A stretch of 63,977 bases of DNA, counting the filler, from Choristocarpus tenellus KU-1152 (taxonomy: Eukaryota > Protista > Phaeophyceae), in assembly GCA_964200185.2 (NCBI GenBank). It is 12 parts of 12 records of this genome, joined end to end, with 100 filler letters (N's around TTAATTAATTAA, not from the genome) between each part and the next. Parts side by side here need not be neighbours in the genome. Positions count along the whole stretch, not along the records: positions 36,034 to 39,114 come from CAXNAD020022451.1; positions 39,215 to 42,304 come from CAXNAD020022390.1; positions 42,405 to 45,121 come from CAXNAD020025350.1; positions 45,222 to 49,737 come from CAXNAD020014203.1; 8 more parts are not named here. One strand, given 5' to 3'. Both the position numbers and the translations under genes were made by a program. The notes under the pieces were generated by a model. The model was not told the origin of the DNA. It saw only the letters and a program-made list of their open reading frames with translations, and did no database searches. Position 1 is the stretch's first letter. The number at the start of each line of letters is the position of its first letter. Below are positions 36,663 through 49,506 of this stretch, piece by piece.

Positions 36663-38744
36663 GTCATCAGTACCCTGATACAATTGGTGGCAGTGATGCC
36701 CACCATCTTCTCCTTCTATGTTGCAGAAAAGGAAAGTGAGCTGTGGGGGCCCAACACCTCATGTTGGGATCGCATGCTCAGGGTCCATGTTATAGTGCTA
36801 GTAATGCTCTGGACGACGTCATTCTTGGCTGCCAGCACAAGGTCAGAAACTTGTAGGAGAGGTGCAATGGGGGTGCTGGCTAGGTCAGGGGTTTGGGGCT
36901 TACGGCTCTCAAGAGCTTAAAAGGGTGCCCTGCTCAGACTATCTTGTTGTCAGTTCTTAATAACTGCTCTCTAATCGCAAGTTGGAAACCATTGCTGGGC
37001 TAAACTGATGTACAGGAGTGACTAGATTTTTCCTTAAATAGCATAGATCAGATGAGGCAATGTTCTACACACACATACACACACACACCCTCCTAAAGGT
37101 AACACCTGTGTAGTCTTTGCGTAACTTTGATTCTGTGATCTAACCTACTTTGAATTATATAAAAAAAATGAACGTAGTGAGCTGGATTCTCCCCCTGGTC
37201 CCCCCAAACGTGACCAATTTTGCAGAAGAATTTGCTATTGACTCTTACTGTGTGTCTACTTTATCTTGTATGGTAGGGAGAAGAACAAATTAGAGTTGGA
37301 GCTTCGCCTGGCACGTCAGAGCATTATTGATTTGCAGCGGGACACCAGGAAGTTTGCCTTAATATCCCATGAGTTGCGGACCCCTGTAAACATTATCTCC
37401 AGCTACACAGAGGAGCTCAAGTCTCAGAAGGTGGGGAGTTAATGGGCATGTATACCCTGCAAGACCATCACTTACCCCCTGTTAGAGTTGCAAGTTGTAT
37501 CTCAATATCCAGATGTTTGCATTGGCTCCATTTTTCCCTTAATAGTCCTTGAGTTTTTGTGCAACCACACACCCCACCCTGTTCCTCATTGTAGTGATAT
37601 ACCAAGGGTTGCTCCATCTGTGCATCACTTGCTCATTCCCCTAGTGATGTTGTGAGGCTTAGATGTTGACCATCTTGTTGTTGATACAAAGGACTAAAGT
37701 GAGTCAAACTGAACTAACTCTAATGAGTGTTGTTGGTGTTGATGATACCAACCCAGTTGGATGAGGAGGGGCACCAAGAACTGGAGCACATGTCCAATGC
37801 AGGGAGGGAGGTGCTGCACATTGTTGATGAGCTGTTGGATCTGTTCAGGTTCAAGGCCAACAAGAATACGCTCAACCCAATGCCTTGTAATATCAAGGTA
37901 TGATGACCTCATCAAGAAGAGAGCAATCAATACCCCGGGCAGGGGAAAACAAATGTGGGGTGTGAATGTTTGTGGATGCCTGGGAAGTACACCTTCAAAT
38001 GGATATGTCTGGTATTGGAGATATGTATATCTTGGTGTTGTGTATGGTGATGATCTTCTACTATATATTATTTCCTTATCTCTACCTGTGCATGAAACTG
38101 GTATGATGTATGCAGCCCATGTTCAATTCATCATTCCAGGGTGGGAGCAAGGTGTAAGTCTTGTACACCTCACACCTCTGTTGCTCTTGTTCTAGGTAAG
38201 ACATAATATGTGCAGATGTTTGCTATTCATGAAAAAGGAAGAACTATTGTGCGCAAATGACCTCTCAATTTCATGATTGTGAGCAGAGGTCTTCTGATAT
38301 GCTTCACCAGTTACAGATGGTCAATGGCCCAGAAATAAGATAGTTTCCTCTTCCAACCACTTCAAAGAATATCCCAAGGGTTGCCAAACATTACCATGAG
38401 AGGTATTGTTTCAGCACCCACACGAAGACAGTATTGGTATGGATACCAGACACTCCCCGACCATTACCTGGATCCCCATGAACTTCTTCTATCCCTTCTT
38501 CCTTTGACCATGCTATGTTGCCACTTCTCATCTGTCTCTTTGCTGAAACCCTTTCCAACTCCAGAGCGTTTTTAGGAAGACCTGCGGCATGATGACTGCC
38601 CTTGCCAGTCAGAAATCAATCTCCTTCTCGAGTAGATTTGTGGTCAGCCCTGAGCTCAGAGGATCGTTCCCTGGCAATGTATACTCTGACACTGAGGAGG
38701 GAGGAAAGGGAGGAAACGATGCCATAGAGTCATGCAATGTCTTG
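36663..38744 (+). CDS. Membrane-anchored sensor histidine kinase (partial, spliced)
   Basis: Phase-compatible exons: 36663-36841 (two hydrophobic segments), 37277-37430 (coiled coil and H-box ISHELRTPVNII), 37757-37897 (LHIVDELLDLFR) and 38565-38744 (MMTALASQKSISF). This is a HisKA domain leading toward the HATPase domain. Confidence 0.88.
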
Positions 38745-39047
38745 GTAAGACTAAAGTGCTATGGGTCCATTTGTTGACCTGTGCATGAGCAGACAATGTG
38801 CCATTTATTTTTTTTGTGTTTGTCTGAGAGTAATTTTTAAGTGTAACAATCAGACTTTTATAGTTACTGCACAGGTGTGATGAGTTCTCTGATGTATAGA
38901 AGGTCAGTTTTATCGTTTATTGTCACTTCTTCCATTTTGAGACTTTCAGCAACTGGTGGAGGCACTGATATCAAGAGGGAAGTGATTACATGCCTAAAAA
39001 TACTACAGCAGGGCAAATGTTGTTCTTGTAGGATGTGTGGCCCCTCC

Positions 39048-39092
<45 letters not shown>

Positions 39093-39214
39093 TTTTTTTT
39101 AAATCTTTTTTGAANNNNNNNNNNNNNNNNNNNNNNNNNNNNNNNNNNNNNNNNNNNNTTAATTAATTAANNNNNNNNNNNNNNNNNNNNNNNNNNNNNN
39201 NNNNNNNNNNNNNN

Positions 39215-39364
39215 TCTACACCAGAGTGTCCATTTCGACCAAAACCAGGAAAAGTGCACTTTCATTATCCATCCAACGTATGGAACCAAATCACCCAAAA
39301 ATTGTGACACAAAAAAATTGGCCCCAAGTGGACAGCCGCTACCCCCCCCCAGATACTTTGAGCC
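39215..39364 (-). mobile_element. MITE family S, truncated by contig start
   Basis: Reverse-oriented family-S interior ending CCCCAGATACTTTGAGCC. Confidence 0.85.
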
Positions 39365-40319
39365 TTTTCCATACTTTCAATTTAAACCTTCTCGTTTCCT
39401 CACTGTTGCATGCTAACCTGGATAAATTCCTCTTAGGGGGAGATTAGAAAAAAAAATCAACTCACTTCTCTAACCCTAATCGTAACCCCTTCTTTCATTC
39501 CCCCCCCAAAAAATGAAATCTATCCAAAAAGGTACTGGCTAAGGACACAAGTCACACATTACCTCCGCAATGGAGGATCAGCCGACCTGATTGTAGTGGG
39601 ACGATTCATGCATTCTACCAGAGAATCAAATTATCATACTGTGGAAGTATAGGAGATTTGTGTTAGTGCATTTCTTTTGGAACTCATCGGAAAAGTATTG
39701 CCTGTATTACAACTCCCCTACACATTTTTCTCAAATTCCTTGCATTTCCAGAACCACTCTTTTTCTCTTTTTGTTATATTATAAACAGTAACATCTATAC
39801 CAATGAAATGGCCAACATGCTACATTTAGTCAGTATATTCTACTTACAGGATCTGGGTGGGTGCAGATCGTACATCATAACATGAGGGAAGTGCTTTTTT
39901 CATCTACGTCACACAGGACCATTGCCAGGCAGCAAAAAACTAAAGGGTACCAATCAAAATATGTTTTCCCACCAATTTTCGGCCTATCTTGGCACCTACA
40001 CCATTTCTGAGGGTGAATGCGATACTCTGTAATCCTCCCACATACTACAGTGAACACATGAACTTTCTAACCCTTCTAAGACCTGTCTGTCAGGTAGGAA
40101 GTATCAAATCCACTGAGCAAGTTAAAACAAATTTGTTTGAGCAACTTCAAACAAGAGTTCAAGCCAAGCATTTAATTTCGTCATTCCTTGTGGGAGAACT
40201 GCAACAGCCACCAAACAAGCCAACACACAGCAGTGTGGGGCTATGTAGAGCTATGAGTGGGTTGTTTTGCAAATGTGGGTTGCAACACCCTGCCCGTCTT
40301 CTTCCTCTGAGCTAAGTCC

Positions 40320-42258
40320 TAGATCTTCCTCCTTCTCTCATATGCCCTTTTCAGCCGCTTGTTCATATCTTTCTCTGCACGTTTCTCGACCTCTTGCTTG
40401 TGCTTGTGTTTCAATATGCCTGTCAAAATAATAAAAATACTGAGTATATGTATCCAGTTGGTGTCAACTGCTGGGTGCGCAGAATCATGAGTGGGGATAA
40501 GTCAACGGTTGGAACTATCATTGACTTTAGCGCTGCCTTGGGAAAGGAAGTGGGGACAGGATACTGGGGAGGACGGGTGGCTGTAGGATCAGTAGTAAGG
40601 GTTCTTTCAGGGCCTGGGACTTAATGACAAGAGTACCACAACAGGGTGTTGATAATTGACCTCCTCCCTCCCGCAATGGGCATGATACGATCGTCTCATT
40701 AACAAGAATGTCTATCCAGACATCCCTGGTTTGTACTTGACATCTCTCAACTGGTTGATAGTGAGATAAATATAGGCACATGCAACCATCTTGTCAACGT
40801 CATGGAAATCAATTTCATCTGGTTTCTCAATTCTAAGAGTACCAGGATAATGGAGGTTTCGTGGTCAAGGGCACCTATGGACTCATCGCAAAATAATGAC
40901 TGTTTTGTTTTATATACATTCATCTGTTACTCTTAGACTATTCTCCCTACCGTACCACATAATTTATATGAAATTAAGATCCAAAACATTTCAGAGGGTA
41001 GGAGAGTTTACCCCTGTTTTTCCGTTCAAGGCTTGGCTTCCCATGGGCTTTGATGCCCTTTTTTCGGTTTTCTGTGAACACAGTTACCTACTCTGAAACA
41101 TTTCGGAGTAGGTAACATGTACACGACAACGAAAGGTGTGTCAGGAGCAAGGATATTGACACTTGGTAACAAATATGATAGGCAAAAATACATCAAAATC
41201 ACAACATTGGATTTATGACCTGGAACGGATGTGGTCCTACCCCTGAACTGCTTTGCACCTGATATGACTCTGGTGATCAGAGACTTCTATTAATACCAAT
41301 GTATTGCGAGTCCCATACTGTGATGTCGTGGACTACCTAATTCATACTCAGTTATACAGTATACTACCCTTCAAACAATTTAGGGAGAGGCTCGTTGTTG
41401 CTGACTATTTGGCCTCTCAGAAGACAGAACGCTCACTAGAGTGATTTCATAAAAGTGGATTTATTACCAGTGCCAATGCCCTTCACAGTAATATGAGGCC
41501 TTGATACTAGACAATGAGTTCTGTGAAAGCAGCTATGTCAGGACTGCTTAGCCAATTTCAATGTTTCAAGTCTTAGTATCCCCAATTATACATTTTTCCA
41601 TGCTGAAATGGTGTAGTGTTTCTCTAGTTGTTGTATGTTGAGACCCCACAATTTCCACCTCCATCTGCCAAGTATCTACTGGCCACCATCTCTTCCTCTC
41701 CTAGCCATCTGTTGCTCCTCATCAATTTCTATGTCGTACCTACTGCCCACGCATCAGCCCACTGTCCAACCCCGAAACAATTCCCCTAATTTGAATATCC
41801 ATGATTGATTCATTTCTTTTGCACATAATAAAACAGCAGCTATTAATACATAAAGTTGCATCTATGGGTTATTGAAAGGTGCTTCGGAAAGGTAGCTATA
41901 GTGTCGAACCCATCAACTTTGCCTTTTTGTCACCCACTCCCAACTGTTTGATCACACAACTATAGATCATCCAACACAAACCCAAACCCAGAAGCCCACC
42001 CTATCCGTCCATACCTCCACACAAAAGTACATGCTCCGCCCACTGACACGAGCCGCCTGTCATCATGGAGGAAAGCAAGTCTTACTCCGCCCTTGTGTGC
42101 AGCAGCATGACCCCAGCTCAACCGAGCCCTCGCTCCACTCAAGGCAGGATAACGAAGGAGATTGATGCACTGTGCATCATCGCTCACAGCCAATACCCCT
42201 CCTTCATGCGACCGGCACACTGCCCCAATCCCCGCCCCCCCCAGTTGTGGAGACTCCT
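40320..42258 (-). CDS. EML/EMAP-like WD40 protein, C-terminal part
   Basis: Exon 42258-42015 encodes LAVSDDAQCINLLRYPA...GHAA...VRLAFLHDDRRLVSVGGACTFVWR, matching the EML C-terminal propeller (DD-x-x-x-x-L-x-x-YP...GH...F..DD..L.S.GG...WR). Candidate downstream exons begin at 41739 (YDIEIDEEQQ) and 40419 (ILKHKHK...RRKI*). The 3' end is uncertain. Confidence 0.72.
40978..41259 (-). mobile_element. MITE subfamily A'
   Basis: GATCCAAAACATTTCAGAGGGTAGG ... CCTACCCCTGAACTGCTTTGCACC. Interior matches the 2953-3216 copy. Confidence 0.85.
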
Positions 42259-42404
42259 CTAGCAATCCTATTCTTGACACCATAAAGATGAAAACCAGTG
42301 CAGANNNNNNNNNNNNNNNNNNNNNNNNNNNNNNNNNNNNNNNNNNNNTTAATTAATTAANNNNNNNNNNNNNNNNNNNNNNNNNNNNNNNNNNNNNNNN
42401 NNNN

Positions 42405-44960
42405 GTTGTAACCTTGTCTGCACAGCCACCCACCTTGCCCTCACAAGGCTTATCGACAAGTACCACAACAGCCTCAATGACTCGGGGAATTGTATCATCC
42501 AGCACGCGCATTGGCAGGTAAGAAGGTTTCATCTTGACACGACCTACTCAACACATACTCGCTGAATACCAGTCACCAAGTAACTAACTGCAGGATCTTT
42601 AGTTTTGGTTTGTGTATTGCAACCTGCATGTATTATGGCGGTGATGTAGAGATTGCGCTCTAGCAATACTAGAAACCTACCCTGTTCCTCCACGAAACGC
42701 GGCGAAATGGGCTGACATATTGGCCTCACACCCATCCCTCCCTCGCTCCTAACTCCCCAAACTGGCCAGGTCCACAACTGCGTCTCAGAGAACAAGAACA
42801 ATTTCTTTCTCGGATAAGCGGGGCTGTTGGTTGCGGCGAGTGTCATTCGTGTGGTCGAGATACATTTTATGATGGTGGGGCACACGCACATCAAAATCGA
42901 CCAGATCTTCTCCAGGTAATTAGGCAAGATATGCAAGTTCGATAGTCACATAGTGTTTTTACACGGACAGATACAGCCTCGAGGCTTGCAGCTCACGCTT
43001 GTTGCATTCCTGGAAGGTTTATGGCCGTATGCTGTAATTGATCGATTGGCTTTTGATTTCCCCACAACAAAATTGCACGATAAGAGCAGCTGCCAAACCT
43101 CTTTCGTAACATACTCTCGAAACAAAACAATGAAAAAAATGTACGCATCAACCCTTTCTATATTGATTTTTCCATATACATGCATCAGAGCATGTGCCTG
43201 CATATATGTCCTGCTTACCCACTTCGTTTCTTTCGCCCCCGCCTCGAAATTAACTTGCGTGCATTTCACCTTCAGGTTCTCACGTGGAATAAAAGGCAAA
43301 AGCATATTCACAAGAACACAGCTGGGTGAAGAGCTGCAGGCCTCCTACACGGAGGTTCCAGTATACAACAAGACCCTGCGGAACGAGGGCAATTTCAAGG
43401 GACTTCTTCGCGGTTGCATCAACCGTGTCCCCAACATCACGAGCTACGGGGCTTTTCGCGTTGAAAAAGACGGTGATGGGTGGGTGAAGGTTAGCGTAAA
43501 GCGACACATGCACAGCACCGCATGGAGTGGGATAGGCGGAGACCTTGCTATGGACCCCAATGCCCCTCCGCACAACCTCTTCATCGGCCACCCGCCTCGT
43601 ATCCAAGATGCACCACCCTACCAGCTCAAGAGCGTTCCCAAAGACGCCATTTCTGAAGGTGGAGCAGCGGTACCAGGCGTCACACGAGCGCCTCACTGCT
43701 GCGTACCCACTGAGTAAATCGATTTTTCGTGAGGGGACTTGATAGCTATTTTTTGTATTCGGTGGCAGCCAAAAAATCAGGTGTAAGTTTTGTACGAGGC
43801 AGCATTATCAGCCTTTAGAAAAAAAATCCTGAAAAAAATTGCATTATCATGTGTAGTGATCATCGCAAGTTACAATAAAAATTACTATAGATTACTCCCC
43901 ATAAATGTTTTACGGGTACCGGTCTTGTACTCAACAGAGATGATTCCGACGAAATATACACCCTCCCTCTCACTGCATGCTCCCCAAGTGCATTCGTGAA
44001 ACCTCACGCCTGGTAACAAAGTAACATTCATGCATCCATACCGTTGATGTCCTCGTGCTCATGGATTCCACCTTCGCAGACGATGAAGCCGTTCAGAGAG
44101 TGAAACACGAGCAAAGCGAGTCTGTGCGACTTCTCCAAAAGACAGGGGAACGAGATTTCGACCTCCCAGTCCATTGGCTTCCCACCAATGACAATGGCGC
44201 TGGAACTAGCACCGGCGACGTTGAAGACAACGATCAGGGCAAACGTTCGGGTGGAGGAGATAATCTCGTCAGCGGTGACAATGTTCTTGGCGGGCTCGAG
44301 GAAACACACTCTTCCTCATCGGACAGTGACAAGGAAGAACCTGGCTCCCGTCGACGGGGTTGGCTTCGTACTACGTTGAAATCGGGAAACCATGGAAACC
44401 TAGTCTCAGTGCAGGAAGGCAGGTTTGCCTTTTTGTGGCAACGGAGGCGCCGCTCTTGGTCGGCAAGATCCTAGCAGAGCGCGTCGGCGAGGACGGGGAG
44501 CGTGGGGTGGATCTTCACTGGCTTCGGTTGACCAGTGACCACACACGTGACAACGCCGCGCTAATGACCTTGAGAAATATGACAAAAGTAGTTTTGTACA
44601 AGGCTGGGTGCACGCTGGAGATAGATCCAGGCGAGGTGGGAAACAGAAGCGAGTTAAAGACGTTAGCTGGGAACCTGTGGCGGGTATTGTTTGGACTTGC
44701 GAAAACCTTGTTGGGAACGGCAAGAAGATTCCTACCAAGGTCTTGACAGTTCTACGGTCTGCTATCAAGGCGAGGGAAAGGGGGGATTTTGTGAGAGAGG
44801 GACGGAACACTACATTGAAGGGACGAGGAGAGGAGAGGGGGGGGGAGAATGGGGACGAAAGGGAAGACAACACCGGCGACAACAAGGAGTAGGACGAGGA
44901 GGAAGATGAAGAGGAGGAGGAGGACGAGGAGCAGCAGAAGGAAGACAAGGACGACGAGGA
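42405..44960 (+). pseudogene. Intron-containing Sola-like / DUF7869-type transposase pseudogene
   Basis: Exons ...HAHWQ|gtaag (to 42517) and 42770-42915 encode VHNCVSENKNNFFLG*AGLLVAASVIRVVEIHFMMVGHTHIKIDQIFS. This matches the Q-x-DNC-x-x-ENKN and VGHTH-x-x-IDQ-x-FS motifs. It has a D-to-H change and an in-frame TAA (42815-42817). Further frameshifted coding-like blocks lie at 43276-43715 and 44030-44960 (LVGKI...VDLHW, then an acidic tail). Confidence 0.72.
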
Positions 44961-45879
44961 CGATTATGATAAGGAGAACATCGGTCCGGGGCAGGGTAGA
45001 GGGGCCTCTGCCAGTGCAGGCGCATGTACTGGGGTGCCCTTGCATACGTTCGTCCAAGGACGTATCCTTCAAGCGTCTACAGGACGGAGCGGTACGGCGG
45101 CACGGAAGAGACCTTTGGCTCNNNNNNNNNNNNNNNNNNNNNNNNNNNNNNNNNNNNNNNNNNNNTTAATTAATTAANNNNNNNNNNNNNNNNNNNNNNN
45201 NNNNNNNNNNNNNNNNNNNNNCTTTGCGAGCCTACCAGAGAGGGATATGTAGTGGAGAGCGGGGTGGTAGTGGTTCAGTGTCTTAATTCCAGCTGTAATT
45301 TGTCTTGATTTTCAGGTGTATCGCTGGTGGTCCTGTTCGGTTACGGTTTGGTGTAGAAGCGACGAGTAGGCTCGGGCACGGGCAGTCAGTCCTCCTGCTC
45401 TGCGCTCTGACGCGTGGTGGATTTTGAGTATGGTGTGCGGTGATACGAGTGCAGTATGAATGGATCATCATCAGGGCTCTGAGCATTAGCCGTACTCTAA
45501 AACGTATCGTGTATTGCAATGATATGCGTGAGATACAACAACACTACAGCAGGACCATACTGCTGTTATTCCCTTTCTGGATACAGTATGTACTGTACAG
45601 TACTGCTGTTCATTGCCCAGTACCGCTGTCTCTATACGATATGACACAATGTGCATGGTACGGAATGCGCTGCCACAAACACAACAGTTACAGCTTCATA
45701 CATCAGTACAGTACCCGAAACAAGCAGCTGCGACCGTCCTCTCATCACACTCCATATTATCCACATGGCTGCACACGTTGTTTTTGTGCGGTAGGCGATG
45801 CTGCCGTACCAGGTATGTGTTTACGGTGTGTCATTACTCTGAAATATGCGCGTATATAGATGATTTCCTCAAGTAGTGC

Positions 45880-45941
45880 CATGACCGCACTATTCAGGAA
45901 CGTTAACGAATAGTGCGGGGTCCCGCAATAGTGCGGTAAAT
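45880..45941. repeat. Miniature foldback with three copies of a 10-11-bp motif
   Basis: ACCGCACTATT ... AATAGTGCGG ... AATAGTGCGGT (one inverted copy, two direct). Confidence 0.75.
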
Positions 45942-46299
45942 TCTTCTTGTCACTACACTGCACTAAAGTGGGACCCTTACTGTATATATCAAATGAAAGC
46001 TTAAGACCTTTTGAACGCTTGCGGTAATGTACAAACTTCGGTGAACGGGAATTATGTCCCGATAAAATCATGGAAAAAATGCGAGGGAATATCTCCGCAG
46101 CAATTTTGAAGATCACTACTTCAAAACGGGTTGAAATGAAGTATTTGGCTGAACTCCTTGCAGAAAACTCGTCCAAGGTATGTCGCTGCCCAGGTTTGAC
46201 TGGTGCGGCCCACCGACAAAAAAAATAGAAAAAAAAACATACTATTATCGCCTTTTGCGGACTTTTTGTGAGCACACACACACGTGACTTACACAACAA

Positions 46300-47210
46300 C
46301 ATGAACCACGATGGTGACACAAGGAGAGCCGCCGAGACCGCTCTGCCCTCTGGATCTACCCTCGGCACTTTCTCTGTCGAGAGGGGCCGGAAAAACAAGT
46401 ACCATATGAGACTCAGTGCGATGTTAGGTGACGAGAAAGTGCGAGTAGCGTGGCGCAGCACAGCATGATCAAATCGCGAAATGGACCACACGGTCGCGAC
46501 ACTGATGCTGAGAGAAGATGCATTGAAAGATTACCACACAAATGTGGTTGGACCTTCAACCACGTCGGAGCACTGCTCTGCAGTCTCTGCCGCCTCGGGA
46601 AAGCAGGAAGAGAACAGCGAGTCCATCACCAGGTATGGTACATTGACGAAGTCTGTGGGGAAGCCTGGTCACGACAGGCGAAGGGAGAACCAGAGTGACC
46701 GGCCGAAGGGAAAATTGGGGAGGAGAGCAGTGCGAGTACGTGCCATTGCGCTCAGGAAACGCCGAAGCGAAACCCAGGTGTAGAATATGTTAGTAGTCGA
46801 CAGTTGCAGCAGACCCTAGTTGCTTGGAAGATATGTGAGCCAGAGTGGCTTAGGAAACGAGAAAGAAGGTGTTAGGATTGGGCTACAAGGGCTCTGAATC
46901 CTGAAAGAAGGTAACCCATTTCCGGCGCTCAACGAGGAAATGTGATAGTAAAGGCCCTAACACTGTGAATCCTGTACCTGTGTATGAACGATGGGAAAAA
47001 CTGTCAAACAGCGCTCAAGATGGCAGCAGGATATGCGACGGTAAGGTCGGAAACGGTGGGTAAATGGGAGAGAGACTTCCTAACTAAGGGCCATATCAAG
47101 GTGTTGGAGCAAGGGTGTGACGAGAGGCGTTTCGTTCTGGGCCTCGACGAGGACATCCTTGGGGAGGTCAAAGAGTGGGCACATGAACACGCAGGAAGAA
47201 AGGGTGAGGT
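46300..47210 (+). mobile_element. Degenerate DNA-transposase N-terminal fragment (IS630/Tc1-like)
   Basis: ETVGKWERDFLTKG...LDEDILGEVKEWAHEHAGRKGE resembles the HTH region (W-x-x-x-F...G...DED...W...KG) of eukaryotic IS630/Tc1-like transposases. The upstream frame has stops and frameshifts. Confidence 0.45.
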
Positions 47211-47254
47211 GAGGAGGCTTTTTTCCCGTCTAAATCCTATACTTTAATCAAGTA

Positions 47255-47335
47255 ATAGTATATCTGTTGGCACTCTTGGTGACCTACAATCCAGGGTTCG
47301 AACCCCAATATGAGCGCTCTTTCTTCAAAAAAAGA
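47255..47335 (+). mobile_element. Possible tRNA-derived SINE remnant
   Basis: A-box-like TGGCACTCTTGGT (47268), B-box GGTTCGAACCC (47295) and an A-rich tail. It cannot fold a full cloverleaf. Confidence 0.4.
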
Positions 47336-49161
47336 ATGGCGAAAAACAAAACCGAACCTCGTACTCTGGAGGGCATTATGATGGGCTTTACGAATATGAA
47401 ATTATTTTTTTAATTCGATGTCTACATCAAAGGTTATGACGGGACAACCCCAGACGGATAAGCTATATCGGTACCACTATATCATGCCTTCCGTATGGCC
47501 CCTAAATCGTTTAGTTGCTCCACCTGCAACTAGATAAACATCAAATTGAAGGTAAAGATGTTGAGTTAAATAACTGAAAGGGGGTGTTGCTGAGTTTCAA
47601 GGGGTCTACTGACTTTTTGTGTGGCGAGTGTTGTTGAAGCACTTAGTCCACACCTGTGGCGTTTGTGTTTTGACTTTTCTGGAGGTACATTCACTTTTTA
47701 GAGGTGAGCTGTACCTATCAATTGTCCTTTTTCAAAGCTCAAAACAGCCAAAACATCACCTCTCGGGTACTTTGGTCATTGACTGAAGTACTGTCTATGG
47801 AATCAGGAAGTAGTGAGTGAAAGATAAGGTATTGTATGTGTGCCTATTTTTTCTGCAATGATGATGTCTTTCCAACTATCCCCCCCGTCCCCACCCCCCC
47901 CACCGTAAAACACTGCACAACAAATAGGACACATAGAACCACAACAGAAGTTTATAGTGTATGGCGCGTACTCAATATAAAACAGCAGGTAACTTCTTCC
48001 CACCTGTCTACGTCATTCATTAGAGAGAAGAATCGTGTGATGTATAGATGCCTCTCCTTCATACGAAGGCAAATGTCGAGTACCACTACGGAAGTAACCC
48101 AGCTATAAAGGAATGGGTGCTACAACTGCACATCATGCCTTTCACGTCCACTCCCCTCCTTTCCTCTATGTTTTGTTAGAGGTAATGGGACCAAGCAAAT
48201 GCTGTACGCTGTGACTCACTTGATGGATTATTCTGGGGGAATGGGCATCAATTATCCTAAACCCAGCCGAAAATAAACCACATTTTGTTCACTCTTCAAT
48301 ATTAGGTGATCTGATGCACTTGCTGCATAGTGGTTGGACCACACCAGTGTGGTAGTACAGGCGTGTATTGCAGTATATAATATAGAGGGGTGCCTGTCTT
48401 TACGGCTTTTTTTTTCATACTCCTCTTTGATTTGTCCTGTTTTTGTTGTGCTACCAACTTGTAGACAAGTGAGTGGAGGCCGCAGTAGGCGTTGAAACTA
48501 CTGTCCTTCTAAGATTTGAACCTCGGTGCTGGTGCCCGTTATTACTAGAATGGGCACCTGGTGGCCGAACCTTCACTGCTAGTGTATCCGTATTCCTCCT
48601 CACATTTCGACCACAGGTTTCGGGACTAGAAAAAATTTCAATAAGAAAAAAAAACGTTGGTCTCCTTAAGCACAATTGTAAGTTCGTGCCATAGTGGGGG
48701 GGGGAAGAAATAGTACGAACAAACACCTCATCTATACCCTTCTTCCAATTATTACAGACACTATCAGTTTTTCTAAAAGATTTAAAAGTACATATAGATG
48801 ACGATTCGACTCTTGCTGTCTGCATATGTTTGCATTCTTGTCGTTGTACATCGTGAATAAGGGCGTATGCAAAACGCCTCCACTAGAGATGGAGACCTCT
48901 ACCTGGTACCACCACAGTCCCAAAACTCAAAACTCTCTTGAAAGAATAACCTCATAAATACTATTAAATTTTTTCTTTCTCTCAACAACGAATTTATTGA
49001 GCTGTGGCTTATGATTATTGGAGAAGGTGATCAAAGTGCAAGGCCATCAATTTGAACAAGCAACTAGTTTATTACAAAATAGAATAGAGAGACTGGATGT
49101 CGTAACACCTTTCCTTGTACTTCAAAGTTGGAGGATTTTAAGGACAGTGAGGTTAACAAAA

Positions 49162-49416
49162 GAGTGAAAGTATCTTACAGGGTACGAGTTTTGCCCTGTT
49201 TGCCCATTTGGGGCTTGGCTTTCCATTTTTTTTTTTATGACATTTTCCTACTCAAAAATGTTTCGGAATAGGGAAAATGTATATCTTATGAAAAGGTGTT
49301 TCCCCAACAAGGATATTGACACTTCCTAACCAACACGATAGACAAAATTACATCAAAATCGCAACGTTGGATTTTGGCCCCCAAATGGACGTGGCTCCGC
49401 CCTCTAACTTTGACTC
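49162..49416 (-). mobile_element. MITE family A
   Basis: GAGTGAAAGTATCTTACAGGGTA ... CCCTCTAACTTTGACTC, flanked by AAAA on both sides. Confidence 0.9.
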
Positions 49417-49506
49417 AAAATGGAGAGAAAGGAACAGGGGTGATTTGAACAGTTTGGAGGGAAATGTTACAGGCGCCCCTCAATGCTCACCTTCCAGGAT
49501 GTACAA

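Noticed and set aside
45757-46491. 244-aa minus-strand ORF
   Set aside because: It is antisense to transposon-like sequence and its composition is not protein-like.
47255-47335. tRNA gene
   Set aside because: A B-box is present but the A-B spacing is too short and there are no acceptor or anticodon stems. It is kept only as a possible SINE remnant.
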